This document shows, piece by piece, positions 8,563 through 17,398 of a DNA stretch of 24,626 bases; position 1 is the stretch's first letter, and each line of letters opens with the position of its first letter. The stretch spans positions 1 to 24,626 of the forward strand of contig JAHQWW010000054.1 of the NCBI GenBank assembly GCA_029856365.1, read 5' to 3'. The stretch is from Candidatus Hodarchaeota archaeon (GTDB lineage: Archaea > Asgardarchaeota > Heimdallarchaeia > Hodarchaeales > Hodarchaeaceae). Made by a program: the position numbers and the translations under genes. The notes under the pieces were generated by a model, which saw only the letters and a program-made list of their open reading frames with translations, was not told the DNA's origin and did no database searches.

Positions 8563-8593
8563 AAATTTTGCAATAAAAAGCAAAATTTATAAA
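8563..8593. promoter_or_regulatory. Inverted repeat AAATTTTGC-N8-GCAAAATTT overlapping TATA box TTTATAAA; candidate Lrp operator and promoter of the lrp gene
   Basis: Arms at 8563-8571 and 8580-8588. TATA at 8586-8593 lies 24-31 nt upstream of ATG 8617 (leaderless geometry). Confidence 0.55.
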
Positions 8594-8616
8594 AAAAATG
8601 GGTTAAATTTTCCATT

Positions 8617-9057
8617 ATGGATGAAAGAGACAAAAAAATCATTGAAGTTCTCAAAGAAAATTCACGTCTATCTACAAACGAAATATGGAAAAAAACTGGC
8701 ATTCCTCAGACGACTGTTCATAATCGAATGAAGAAACTATGTGACAAGGATATTATTGAATCTTTTACAATAAAACTCAACAGGAAGAAGGTTGGTAAGG
8801 GATTAGTTGCATATATTTTCTGTACTGTTTCATATAGGACTTCTAAAGGAGAAAAATTAAGCCAAATTGATGTTGCTAAAAGGGTGAAAGCTTTACCTGA
8901 AGTTGAGGAAGTATCAATTGTGACGGGAGAAATTGATATTATCGTACGAGTTGGAGTGCAAGATGTTGATGCTTTGAATGATTTTGTGGTAATTAAATTG
9001 AGGGATATTGAAGGGATTGAAAAAACAATCACCAGTGTTGTGCTTTCCGAAGTTTAA
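8617..9057 (+). CDS. Lrp/AsnC family transcriptional regulator
   Basis: MDERDKKIIEVLKENSR...EIWKKTGIPQTTVHNRMKKL HTH and RAM domain (LPEVEEVSIVTGEIDIIVRV...IEGIEKTITSVVL); 146 aa. Confidence 0.95.
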   Translation: MDERDKKIIEVLKENSRLSTNEIWKKTGIPQTTVHNRMKKLCDKDIIESFTIKLNRKKVGKGLVAYIFCTVSYRTSKGEKLSQIDVAKRVKALPEVEEVSIVTGEIDIIVRVGVQDVDALNDFVVIKLRDIEGIEKTITSVVLSEV

Positions 9058-9111
9058 ACCACTTTTAATCGATTTTAGTTGAAACGCGCTAGATTTAATG
9101 GTAATATCATA

Positions 9112-9154
9112 TTTAAAAGGGATTTTTGCAACTTACTAAATCCTTTTAAAAGGA
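9112..9154. promoter_or_regulatory. Likely dpp-operon promoter: palindrome TCCTTTTAAAAGGA (9141-9154) on a TATA-like box
   Basis: 14-bp perfect palindrome, with a related copy TTTAAAAGGGATTT at 9112-9125. Confidence 0.35.
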
Positions 9155-9282
9155 AGGTATTTCATAGACTAGCAATGATCTTTGGTTGAATCCCCCGTAT
9201 TTAGGCCAAAAGTGGCTAGATTAAGAATACCAAACAATTAACTGTAAAGACTATTTATACAAAGGATAGGACGTTGGAATAA

Positions 9283-10323
9283 GTGGGTTTTAGAAGATAT
9301 ATTATTCGAAGAGCGATCGATAGCATAATTTTACTTATGATAACAGTAATTTTTAATTTTATCTTATTCCGGGTTATGCCTGGAGATCCCACAACAGCTA
9401 TACTTGGTAGATCTGGTTCACCCGTGTATAATCCAGGTGAATACCGAACAAGACTCATAGAACGTTTTGGATTGAATAAAGCGATTTTACCTTTTATCGA
9501 TAAGGACTTCCAAATCACTCCCGATCTAAACACTCTGATAGATAATCAGTTTGTTGTCTATATTCAAAAACTTCTTGTAGGGGATCTAGGAATTTCATTC
9601 AATTATTTTCCACAAGAGGTTTCTTATCTAATATTTGGTCATCGACTTCTGAATACAATACTTTTAATGGGTTTATCTATTGTACTTTCATTTCTCATTG
9701 CGATTCTTCTCGGAACATTAGCTTCCTCCAAGTTCAAATCTAAAACCGACATGACTCTTATATTTACTACCCTTACTTCCTATTCTACTCCTGTCTTCTG
9801 GATAGGAATGCTCATAGTTTTCTTCTGTTATGGACAACTTGGCATACTTCCATATGGAGGATCCCCCAGAATCGAAGAATATTCAGATCTAAGTTCATGG
9901 GGATTAGATTATTTATACCATATGATAGGTCCATTAGTAACATTAACAATCAGTTTCGTTGGAGCCTGGTTTTTAATTGCTCGCGATCAAATGTTAGGAG
10001 TCTTTACTGAGGATTATATAACAACCGCAAGAGCTAAAGGCTTGAAAGAAAGAAGAGTGATGTTTGTTCATGCACGGAAGAATGCAATGCTCCCGATGAT
10101 TTCTGTTCTAGCGTTAGCTATGACTTATCTAGTATCTGGAGCTACAATGACAGAGACGGTATTTAATTGGAATGGATTGGGGCTTTTAACATACGAATCA
10201 GTATATAGACAGGACTATCCTGTATTACAAGGGCTATTGCTTTTAGTTGCAGCAGTCGCAATCATATCTAATTTCATTGCTGATCTTATTTACGGTCTTC
10301 TTGACCCTCGAATTCGATATTGA
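9283..10323 (+). CDS. dppB: Dipeptide/oligopeptide ABC transporter permease
   Basis: RVMPGDP, GDLGISF, STPVFWIG, EDYITTARAKGLKERRVMFVHA (EAA loop), ETVFNWNGLG, DYPVLQG, DPRIRY. Confidence 0.93.
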   Translation: MGFRRYIIRRAIDSIILLMITVIFNFILFRVMPGDPTTAILGRSGSPVYNPGEYRTRLIERFGLNKAILPFIDKDFQITPDLNTLIDNQFVVYIQKLLVGDLGISFNYFPQEVSYLIFGHRLLNTILLMGLSIVLSFLIAILLGTLASSKFKSKTDMTLIFTTLTSYSTPVFWIGMLIVFFCYGQLGILPYGGSPRIEEYSDLSSWGLDYLYHMIGPLVTLTISFVGAWFLIARDQMLGVFTEDYITTARAKGLKERRVMFVHARKNAMLPMISVLALAMTYLVSGATMTETVFNWNGLGLLTYESVYRQDYPVLQGLLLLVAAVAIISNFIADLIYGLLDPRIRY

Positions 10324-10333
10324 TGTGATTATA

Positions 10334-11248
10334 ATGACAACTAGTACTCAAATCGAAACAATTTCGGAATATTTGGTTCCAACTCGCTATCTGCGATATA
10401 AAATTCGTTTTAAACGATTCTGGGGACTTTATACCGATAGCCCATTTGGTCTGATTGGTCTATACTTAGTGATCTTCTTTCTTGTGATTGGTATAACTCC
10501 CCAGATATTGGCACCTTATGATCCAAACATAAGTATGACTGGGGGGCGTAACGCTGCACCTTCTACTGCCCATCCTCTAGGTACTGACAGAATAGGACGA
10601 GACATATTCAGTCAAATGATTGCTGGTACACAGATCTCACTTTTAATAGGTTTAACTGCAGCTTTCATTGCAGTAATTATCGGAACATTGTTCGGAATTG
10701 TTGCAGGATATTATGGAGGATGGTCAGATACTATTTTAATGCGATTAACAGATTTCTTCATACAATTACCCCAATTGCCATTAATGCTAGTTTTTGTTGC
10801 CCTATTTGGCCCTGGAGTCGAAAATCTCATAATAATTATCGGATTGTTAGGATGGACTGGAACTTCCCGAATGGTACGAGCAGAATCTCTTTCTATAAAG
10901 GAAAGAGCTTTTGTTGAAGCTACAAGGGCGGTTGGAGCAAGCAATCGTCATATCATTTTAGATCATATTCTTCCCAATGTTCTTCCTCTGGTCTTTGCAA
11001 ACATGATTTTAGGTGTTGTAAATGCGATTATTTCAGAATCAGCACTTAGTTTTCTAGGTTTTGGAGTTACTGGGCAATGGTCTTGGGGGAGAGTGCTATA
11101 TGAGGCTCGTAGAGAAGATGCAATGATTACAGGAGCTTGGTGGCATTTTATTCCTCCTGGAATATGTATCATGCTTGTCGCTCTTGGTTTTGCTCTAATT
11201 AGTTTTAGTCTTAATGAAGTTCTTAATCCTAGGCTCCGTGAGAGATGA
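10334..11248 (+). CDS. dppC: Dipeptide/oligopeptide ABC transporter permease
   Basis: LAPYDP, HPLGTDRIGRDIFS, FVEATRAVGAS...HILPNV, ESALSFLGFG, NPRLR. ATG 10334 is more plausible than the track's TTG 10247. Confidence 0.93.
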   Translation: MTTSTQIETISEYLVPTRYLRYKIRFKRFWGLYTDSPFGLIGLYLVIFFLVIGITPQILAPYDPNISMTGGRNAAPSTAHPLGTDRIGRDIFSQMIAGTQISLLIGLTAAFIAVIIGTLFGIVAGYYGGWSDTILMRLTDFFIQLPQLPLMLVFVALFGPGVENLIIIIGLLGWTGTSRMVRAESLSIKERAFVEATRAVGASNRHIILDHILPNVLPLVFANMILGVVNAIISESALSFLGFGVTGQWSWGRVLYEARREDAMITGAWWHFIPPGICIMLVALGFALISFSLNEVLNPRLRER

Positions 11249-12234
11249 TATTAGTGGCTTTGCTTGAAGTAAATGATTTATCTACCCATTATTTCTTAAA
11301 AGAGTCTCGTGTGAGAGCTGTTGATAATGTTTCTTTTACAGTCGAACGGGGTAAGATGCTGGGCCTTGCTGGCGAGAGTGGGTGCGGTAAAACAACAGTT
11401 GCCCTCTCAATCATAAGAATGCTTCCTCCAGCTGGAAAAATTATTACTGGGGAAATTCTCCTTGATAATATTGATTTATTGAAAAAATCTAAAGAAGAAA
11501 TGCGAAAAACTCGTTGGTTAGACGTGTCTTATGTTTTTCAATATGCTATGAATGCTTTTAATCCTGTAATGAATGTAGGGGAACAAATTACTGAAGTAAT
11601 AATTGAAAAAGGGGGAATCAAATCAAGATCAATTAAAAAAGAAGCGTGGAAACAAGTTCGTGAGTTGTTTGAAATTGTTGGTTTAGATCCAGAGCGGGTA
11701 AAGAATTACCCTCATGAATTTTCAGGTGGGATGAAGCAACGGGCTATAATTGCAATGGCTATGGCTTGTAATCCTAAACTATTAATTGCAGATGAACCCG
11801 TAACAGCATTGGATGTTATTGTTGAAAAAAAGATTCTGAATCTCTTGAAGAAACTACAGAAAGATTTCAACCTCGGCGTGATATTTATCACTCATGATCT
11901 CAGCGTTATTGCAGAATCCTGCGAGGAGGTCGGGATAATGTATGCGGGAAAACTTGTAGAGGTAGGTAGTGCAACCACAATATTTCACAATGGAGCACAC
12001 CCATATACAAAAATGTTAATAAAAGCTTTCCCCAGTATACTCGGTGAGAAAACTTACATAGAACCTTTAGAGGGTATCCCTCCAGATTTGGCAAATCCTC
12101 CAACTGGATGCCGCTTTCATCCCCGCTGTCCCTTAGCTATAGACGAATGTAAGAAGAAAGTACCATTTTTTAAACAATATAGCTCTTCGAGGCATTTAGT
12201 GGCGTGTTATCGAGCTGGAGAGAAAATAATATGA
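11245..12234 (+). CDS. dppD: Dipeptide/oligopeptide ABC transporter ATP-binding protein
   Basis: GESGCGKTT, YPHEFSGGMKQR, IADEPVTALD, HPYT, Cys-rich C-terminus GCRFHPRCP...C...VACY. ATGA overlap with dppC. Confidence 0.93.
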   Translation: MILVALLEVNDLSTHYFLKESRVRAVDNVSFTVERGKMLGLAGESGCGKTTVALSIIRMLPPAGKIITGEILLDNIDLLKKSKEEMRKTRWLDVSYVFQYAMNAFNPVMNVGEQITEVIIEKGGIKSRSIKKEAWKQVRELFEIVGLDPERVKNYPHEFSGGMKQRAIIAMAMACNPKLLIADEPVTALDVIVEKKILNLLKKLQKDFNLGVIFITHDLSVIAESCEEVGIMYAGKLVEVGSATTIFHNGAHPYTKMLIKAFPSILGEKTYIEPLEGIPPDLANPPTGCRFHPRCPLAIDECKKKVPFFKQYSSSRHLVACYRAGEKII

Positions 12235-13217
12235 GTACGAAGTCAGAGGTTATATTTAAGGTTAAATCTTTAAAAAAATGGTTTACAACTCGAAGAGGAC
12301 TTTTCGATAGTCTTACTGGAAAACAGGAATATGTAAGAGCAGTTGACAATATTTCATTTGAAATTTGCAAACATGAAGTTGTTTGTATGGTGGGTGAAAG
12401 TGGTTCTGGAAAAACAACAGCTGCAAGATTGATTTTGCGATTAGAAGATCCTACGGAAGGACAAATTCTCTATAAAGGAAATGATATCGCAAAAGAAAAG
12501 CAGTCTGAATTACGAAAACTTAGGCGCCATATGCAAATGGTTTTCCAAGATCCATATGAATCTCTTGATCCAAGAATGACAATATTTGAGATTGTTAGTG
12601 AGCCATTAAGGGTCATAAAAATCTGTCCACGATCAGAAATCCCGATAAGGGTAATGAAAGCGCTCGAAGATGTTGGATTAATCCCCGCTAGTGATTTTAG
12701 TATTAGATTCCCTCACGAATTGTCAGGGGGGCAAAGACAACGCGTTTCAATAGCTCGTGCGTTAATTTTGAACCCTGAATTTATAATAGCTGACGAGCCC
12801 GCTAGTATGCTTGATGCAAACACACGAATTGAAATCCTTAACCTCCTATTAGATCTCCAAGTGCGCTACAAAATGGGTATCTTGTTTATTACTCATGACT
12901 TGGCTCAAGCACGTTATTTAGGTCATAGGATTATCATTTTATATCTTGGTAAGATTGTCGAACAAGGTGAGGTCGAATTAGTGATTAAATCACCTCATCA
13001 TCCATATACAAAAGCGTTAATCTCCAACATACCTGTACCTGATCCTGAAGCCAAAAGGGAACGGATAGAAATTGAAGGTGAGATTCCCACAGCAATCCAG
13101 CTTCCTCCTGGCTGTCGGTTTTCCCCAAGATGCCCTTATGCGTTTGAAAGGTGCAAAGAGGAAGAACCAGAACTAATGATGAAACATGGACGATTATCAG
13201 CCTGTTGGTTAGATTGA
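12231..13217 (+). CDS. dppF: Dipeptide/oligopeptide ABC transporter ATP-binding protein
   Basis: GESGSGKTT, MVFQDPYESLDPR, FPHELSGGQRQR, GCRFSPRCP...SACW. ATG 12231 overlaps the dppD stop (ATGA). Confidence 0.93.
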   Translation: MSTKSEVIFKVKSLKKWFTTRRGLFDSLTGKQEYVRAVDNISFEICKHEVVCMVGESGSGKTTAARLILRLEDPTEGQILYKGNDIAKEKQSELRKLRRHMQMVFQDPYESLDPRMTIFEIVSEPLRVIKICPRSEIPIRVMKALEDVGLIPASDFSIRFPHELSGGQRQRVSIARALILNPEFIIADEPASMLDANTRIEILNLLLDLQVRYKMGILFITHDLAQARYLGHRIIILYLGKIVEQGEVELVIKSPHHPYTKALISNIPVPDPEAKRERIEIEGEIPTAIQLPPGCRFSPRCPYAFERCKEEEPELMMKHGRLSACWLD

Positions 13218-13228
13218 GATGAGGAAAA

Positions 13229-14233
13229 ATGAAAAGCCATTTAGTATTTCTTATTATTGTTCTATCATTAGGTACAACAGTAAATTTCACGAATAATTCT
13301 TGCGTTAGAATCAGTAACCAATTAATCGATGATAGTGTTTTTCGTTTTACGCAAGAGACTGCTGATTTTTTTTTGAACGTCTCCGCACCCGAGAAAATGG
13401 ATTATCAAAACACTGTAATAATAATAGCTGAAATTGAAGAGATATCAAATAATCAGCAGAACGATATTTCAGTAAAAGTAGAATTAGAAAATGGGCTTTA
13501 TCTTGCCGAGGATCAAAGTGATACAGTAGATCTTGGCAATTTCAATCCAAGAGAAATAAAAATGGCGAATTTTTCCATCACTGCTTCTCAAACGAAATTA
13601 ACAAATCCATATATTATTTCAAGGGTTTATCTTTTCAAGAATGGAGATCAACAATATATTTCCACTCCTGATAGCCCATTAGAGGCATATCATGCCTTTG
13701 GAATTAACATACTATATCCAAATCTACGAGTACGAGGACCAATTGAACTGACGGGATTCGTTGTACCCCGTATAGAAATGTTACCAGATGAAAAGCAAAC
13801 AGTAACTTATAATGTCTCTAATATAGGGGAATCGGCATTGAGAAATCTTACATTTCGAGTAGAAACAGAAAAAGATTTCATTAAAGTTACTCTCTCAAAA
13901 AATTCATTAGATATTTTACCTGCTAAAAATTTCACATTTGTCAGTTTAGAGGTTTCCTGCGAAACTATGTTTGCATCATATTCAAACGTCCATTTTCTTG
14001 TAGATTCTGATCTCTTTGAGACAAGAATACTTGTTTTAAAAATCCAAACTTTTGATTTCTTTAATCCGTACAAATATTATAATTCACTAGTCATTATTGC
14101 TTGGCCACTATTTGTATTATTTTTCATCGGTTTTGCTTTATTCATTGGATACTATACTTGGAAGAAACGTGCAAGAAGAAAAAAGATTGAGAGAGAACTT
14201 GAAGAAAGATATGGAAAAAGTTTAATTGATTGA
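13229..14233 (+). CDS. Membrane-anchored extracellular protein with two predicted Ig/CARDB-like beta-sandwich domains
   Basis: N-terminal signal (MKSHLVFLIIVLSLG), beta-rich repeats (VDLGNFNPREIKMANFSITA; YNVSNIGESALRNLTF...LDILPAK), C-terminal TM plus KKRARRKK tail. GAGG RBS, 11 nt after dppF. Confidence 0.75.
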   Translation: MKSHLVFLIIVLSLGTTVNFTNNSCVRISNQLIDDSVFRFTQETADFFLNVSAPEKMDYQNTVIIIAEIEEISNNQQNDISVKVELENGLYLAEDQSDTVDLGNFNPREIKMANFSITASQTKLTNPYIISRVYLFKNGDQQYISTPDSPLEAYHAFGINILYPNLRVRGPIELTGFVVPRIEMLPDEKQTVTYNVSNIGESALRNLTFRVETEKDFIKVTLSKNSLDILPAKNFTFVSLEVSCETMFASYSNVHFLVDSDLFETRILVLKIQTFDFFNPYKYYNSLVIIAWPLFVLFFIGFALFIGYYTWKKRARRKKIERELEERYGKSLID

Positions 14234-14433
14234 ACTTCTGTCAGTTAACCAATCTATCGCTTTGAATGCTGAAAAAGCTAAATTACAGGCGAATATTTGG
14301 CTAAGAATCTCAGAAGCATATATCTTTCTTATCGAAAAAGATTGATTCCTCAACTCCAATCATTTTTCAATATTTCCCGACTTTTCATTCACGGATACAA
14401 AAATTAATAAGAGAGGAATGAGTTGTTCAATAG

Positions 14434-14500
14434 TCAAGCTGAAGAAAGTCATTCTACCAAAATTTCACTGTAACTCCAATAATCAGTGGATCAGCTTTGA
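14434..14500 (+). promoter_or_regulatory. Candidate three-way-junction RNA structure upstream of dppA
   Basis: P1 UCAAGCUGA/UCAGCUUUGA, P2 AGAA/UUCU, P3 UUCACUG/CAGUGGA. Begins ~25-30 nt after a BRE-TATA-like CAAAAATTAATAAG (14398-14411). Confidence 0.3.
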
Positions 14501-14590
14501 ATTCAAATTAATTCTTGAATTATACTTATAAACCCACAATCTTTAAGATCTGGTTTGAATGATAACTTTAGCTCGATTTAGGTGAAAGAT

Positions 14591-16435
14591 ATGAAAAAAA
14601 GACAAGTCGTTTTACTTTTAGGCTCTTTTTTGCTTGTATTGAGCGGATTGAGTCCAGTTGCTCCTGCCCTTGCCGCTCCCAACCTTGCTTCTGGTTGTGA
14701 AGCCTTAGAGGAGTTTAAATTCGAATGTTGGACACTGGATTGGGATTTAATTTCTGTCGACGCAGGAAAAGCAATAGCTGAAGCATTGAAAGAAATTGGC
14801 ATGGAAATGACAGTTGTAGAATTAGATGATGCAATTTTCTATGATACAATCGATGCAGGTGGGCGCTATGATGGTCCTGGTGGTCAACTTGTAAGTAAAT
14901 GTCGTGATTATCAGGTATATGAGATGAGTGAAGGTTATGGTCCTGCTCCGAACCATGTTTATTTCCGTGCTCATTCTAGCCAAGATTATCCAATGGGCTC
15001 TTGTGACCAATATCATCAAAATGCTACCTTGGATAGTGCATTGGAGCTATCTCAAAACGCCACAAATCCAACTGAGTTAAAGGCTGCTCTAAACGATGTT
15101 CAGAAATATGCTGCTGAAACACTACCTTATTACCCGCTGTTTGTATCAGACGACAGCCATATAATCCGAAAAGAATGGAAAAACTATCAGCAACTGCCTG
15201 GAGGTATCTTTACTAGTTTTAACATATGGTCTTCTTTAACCATGACCAATGAAGGCGATGAAAAATTCGTTATGGCTTATCCCAGTGATGCTAAAAACAT
15301 AAATCCGTTTGAAGCAGATGATGGACGGTCTGCTTGGTTTGCACTTAACCTGTACGAAAAACTCACTTATTATGACAAAGATCTGGGGTTAATTCCTTGG
15401 CTCGCTGAAGACTATACCCGATCTGCTGATGGAACACAAGTGAACTATACTATTAGACAGGGTATAAAATGGCATGATTTTGCTACTAGTGGCAAGTACT
15501 TAACTCCTGAAGATGTGAAACACAGCATTGAAATGTACATTGATTATATTGCAGGTCCATACTATGCCTATGTTGAAACAGTTGATTCAATTACTATTGA
15601 TGGTCAAGTTGTTAGTATTAAACTAAAACAGCCCTATGCCTGGATTGTTGAGGATCTTGGGGAATTATATATTCTACCACAACACATTTGGGATGGTGAA
15701 GACCCTGAGGATACTAAATGGGAGACCGATACTACTGATAAATCTCTCCGTGTTGGTACTGGACCATTTAGGTGGGTTAAAGGTTTGAGAGAATCTGGAT
15801 ATGTCTTAGAAAGAAACCCTGATTACTGGTATGATGGTAGTACTGGGATGCCAGAGATATCTGATGGTAAACCTGGCGTTGGTACTTACCCCAAGATTGA
15901 GAACCTAACGGTAACAGTTGTTTCAGAGGAAATGACTCGGATCCTTGGTATGAATACAGGTGACTTCGACTCTGAGCGATATGAAGCTAATCCACCTGCT
16001 TTAAAAGCAGTGATAAACGCAACGTATGCAAACCTAAAAGTGGTAAATACTCCCTCACAATGGGATTATTACTTCCAATGGAATCATCAAGTTAAACCCT
16101 TTGATGATGTTATTGTCCGTCGAGCCATGGCTTATGCCATGGATGTAGAAGCTATCGGAGAATTTGCTCGTGAGGAATGGGCTACCCCAACTTATTCTGT
16201 TATTCCAGAAGCTTTCTGGCCTGATTATTTCAATCCTAATATTGAAAAGTATGAGGTAGATATAGCAAAAGCCAATAAGCTACTGGATGATGCAGGTTAT
16301 GAAGACATTGATGACGACGGGATCCGTGAAATGCCAGGTGCAAAGCGAGGTACTCCTGGATTCGAGATTGCTCTAACTCTTCTAGCACTGTTTGTAGTAG
16401 TTCCAATAGTCACTCAGCAAAAACGGAAGAAATAA
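14591..16435 (+). CDS. dppA: Family 5 (DppA/OppA) substrate-binding protein, circularly permuted, with PGF-CTERM anchor
   Basis: NINPF...LYEKL...PWLAEDY..SADG...IRQGIKWHD...LTPEDV; GTGPF; LERNPDYW; PFDDVIVRRAMAYAMD; ANKLLDDAGY. AGGTGA RBS precedes ATG 14591. Confidence 0.92.
   Translation: MKKRQVVLLLGSFLLVLSGLSPVAPALAAPNLASGCEALEEFKFECWTLDWDLISVDAGKAIAEALKEIGMEMTVVELDDAIFYDTIDAGGRYDGPGGQLVSKCRDYQVYEMSEGYGPAPNHVYFRAHSSQDYPMGSCDQYHQNATLDSALELSQNATNPTELKAALNDVQKYAAETLPYYPLFVSDDSHIIRKEWKNYQQLPGGIFTSFNIWSSLTMTNEGDEKFVMAYPSDAKNINPFEADDGRSAWFALNLYEKLTYYDKDLGLIPWLAEDYTRSADGTQVNYTIRQGIKWHDFATSGKYLTPEDVKHSIEMYIDYIAGPYYAYVETVDSITIDGQVVSIKLKQPYAWIVEDLGELYILPQHIWDGEDPEDTKWETDTTDKSLRVGTGPFRWVKGLRESGYVLERNPDYWYDGSTGMPEISDGKPGVGTYPKIENLTVTVVSEEMTRILGMNTGDFDSERYEANPPALKAVINATYANLKVVNTPSQWDYYFQWNHQVKPFDDVIVRRAMAYAMDVEAIGEFAREEWATPTYSVIPEAFWPDYFNPNIEKYEVDIAKANKLLDDAGYEDIDDDGIREMPGAKRGTPGFEIALTLLALFVVVPIVTQQKRKK
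16352..16435 (+). other. PGF-CTERM archaeosortase sorting signal
   Basis: TPGFE + hydrophobic helix IALTLLALFVVVPIV + basic tail KRKK-stop. Confidence 0.85.
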
Positions 16436-16438
16436 ACA

Positions 16439-16478
16439 CCTCTTTCTCTCCCTTCTTTTTTCTTTTTTTCCTTTTTTT
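16439..16478 (+). terminator. Pyrimidine/oligo-U terminator after dppA
   Basis: 40-nt pure C/T tract with several T6-T7 runs immediately after the stop codon. Confidence 0.7.
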
Positions 16479-16563
16479 ATATTACTAGACTTTATGTAAC
16501 AAAATACAAATGACTTACATATAGATTTTAATGCAGATCTCTCTAAATTTGAGGAATGTTACA

Positions 16564-17313
16564 TTGAATCTTCTCTACCTTTTACCAGGAACAGGAATGC
16601 CTGATGATGAGATAAAACGTCGTACTAAAATCACTAATTCGATTGCGAGAACTAATACTCATGTTTCTGTAATGGAAGTTGGTGAAGGGCCCTTATCTAT
16701 TGAATCCGCTATAGAAGAATATATGGCAATTGGGCCTATGCTACGGAAACTCCTGGATATTAGTAAAGAGAATAAGTATGATGCAGTTATTATCGGGTGC
16801 GCTGGAGATCCTGGGTTAAAACCAGCAAGAGAACTTCTCCACATACCAGTAGTTGGCCCAGCTGAATCCTCCATTCACTTTTCTTGTATGCTTTCTGACC
16901 GATTCAGCATCCTCACTATCCTACAAGCTGGTATGGCATCTGAGGACAGTGCACGTATTCTTGTAAGAGGGATGGGGCTTGAAACACGATTGGTTTCAGT
17001 GGAATTTGTACAAGTCTCAGTTACAGAAATGTGGGGGAAAAATAGGGATATTATCATTAATCAAATGACTGAAAATGCAAAGATAGCAAAACAAAAAGGA
17101 GCAGGCTGTGTTGTTCTTGGTTGTATGTCAATGGCATTTCTCTTGGTCGATGATATTGTTGAGAAGGCAGTAGGACTACCAATTGTAAATCCCTTAAAAA
17201 TTGCCATTAAAACAGCAGAAATGTTCGTAGAACTAGGAACTAAACATAGTCGTATTACTTATCCCGCTGCAGACTTTGAGAAACTTAAGACAACTGTTTT
17301 CAATGAATATTAA
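16564..17313 (+). CDS. Asp/Glu/hydantoin racemase family protein (hydantoin/allantoin racemase-like)
   Basis: GPLSIES, DAVIIGCAGDPG and VVLGCMSM (two catalytic Cys), IPVVGPAESS, LPIVNP. TTG 16564 follows a GAGGA RBS; the track start is 16531. Confidence 0.88.
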   Translation: MNLLYLLPGTGMPDDEIKRRTKITNSIARTNTHVSVMEVGEGPLSIESAIEEYMAIGPMLRKLLDISKENKYDAVIIGCAGDPGLKPARELLHIPVVGPAESSIHFSCMLSDRFSILTILQAGMASEDSARILVRGMGLETRLVSVEFVQVSVTEMWGKNRDIIINQMTENAKIAKQKGAGCVVLGCMSMAFLLVDDIVEKAVGLPIVNPLKIAIKTAEMFVELGTKHSRITYPAADFEKLKTTVFNEY

Positions 17314-17398
17314 GAATAGAGTTAAACTTAAGGAATATGAAGATAGAAGGATCTGTTTTTACTAGTATAAAATATCTAATTCTAAGGAATGAATTAAA

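Noticed and set aside
9169-9219. SECIS-like hairpin (AUGA after a first helix)
   Set aside because: No GA on the 3' side to form the quartet, and no UGA-interrupted selenoprotein nearby.
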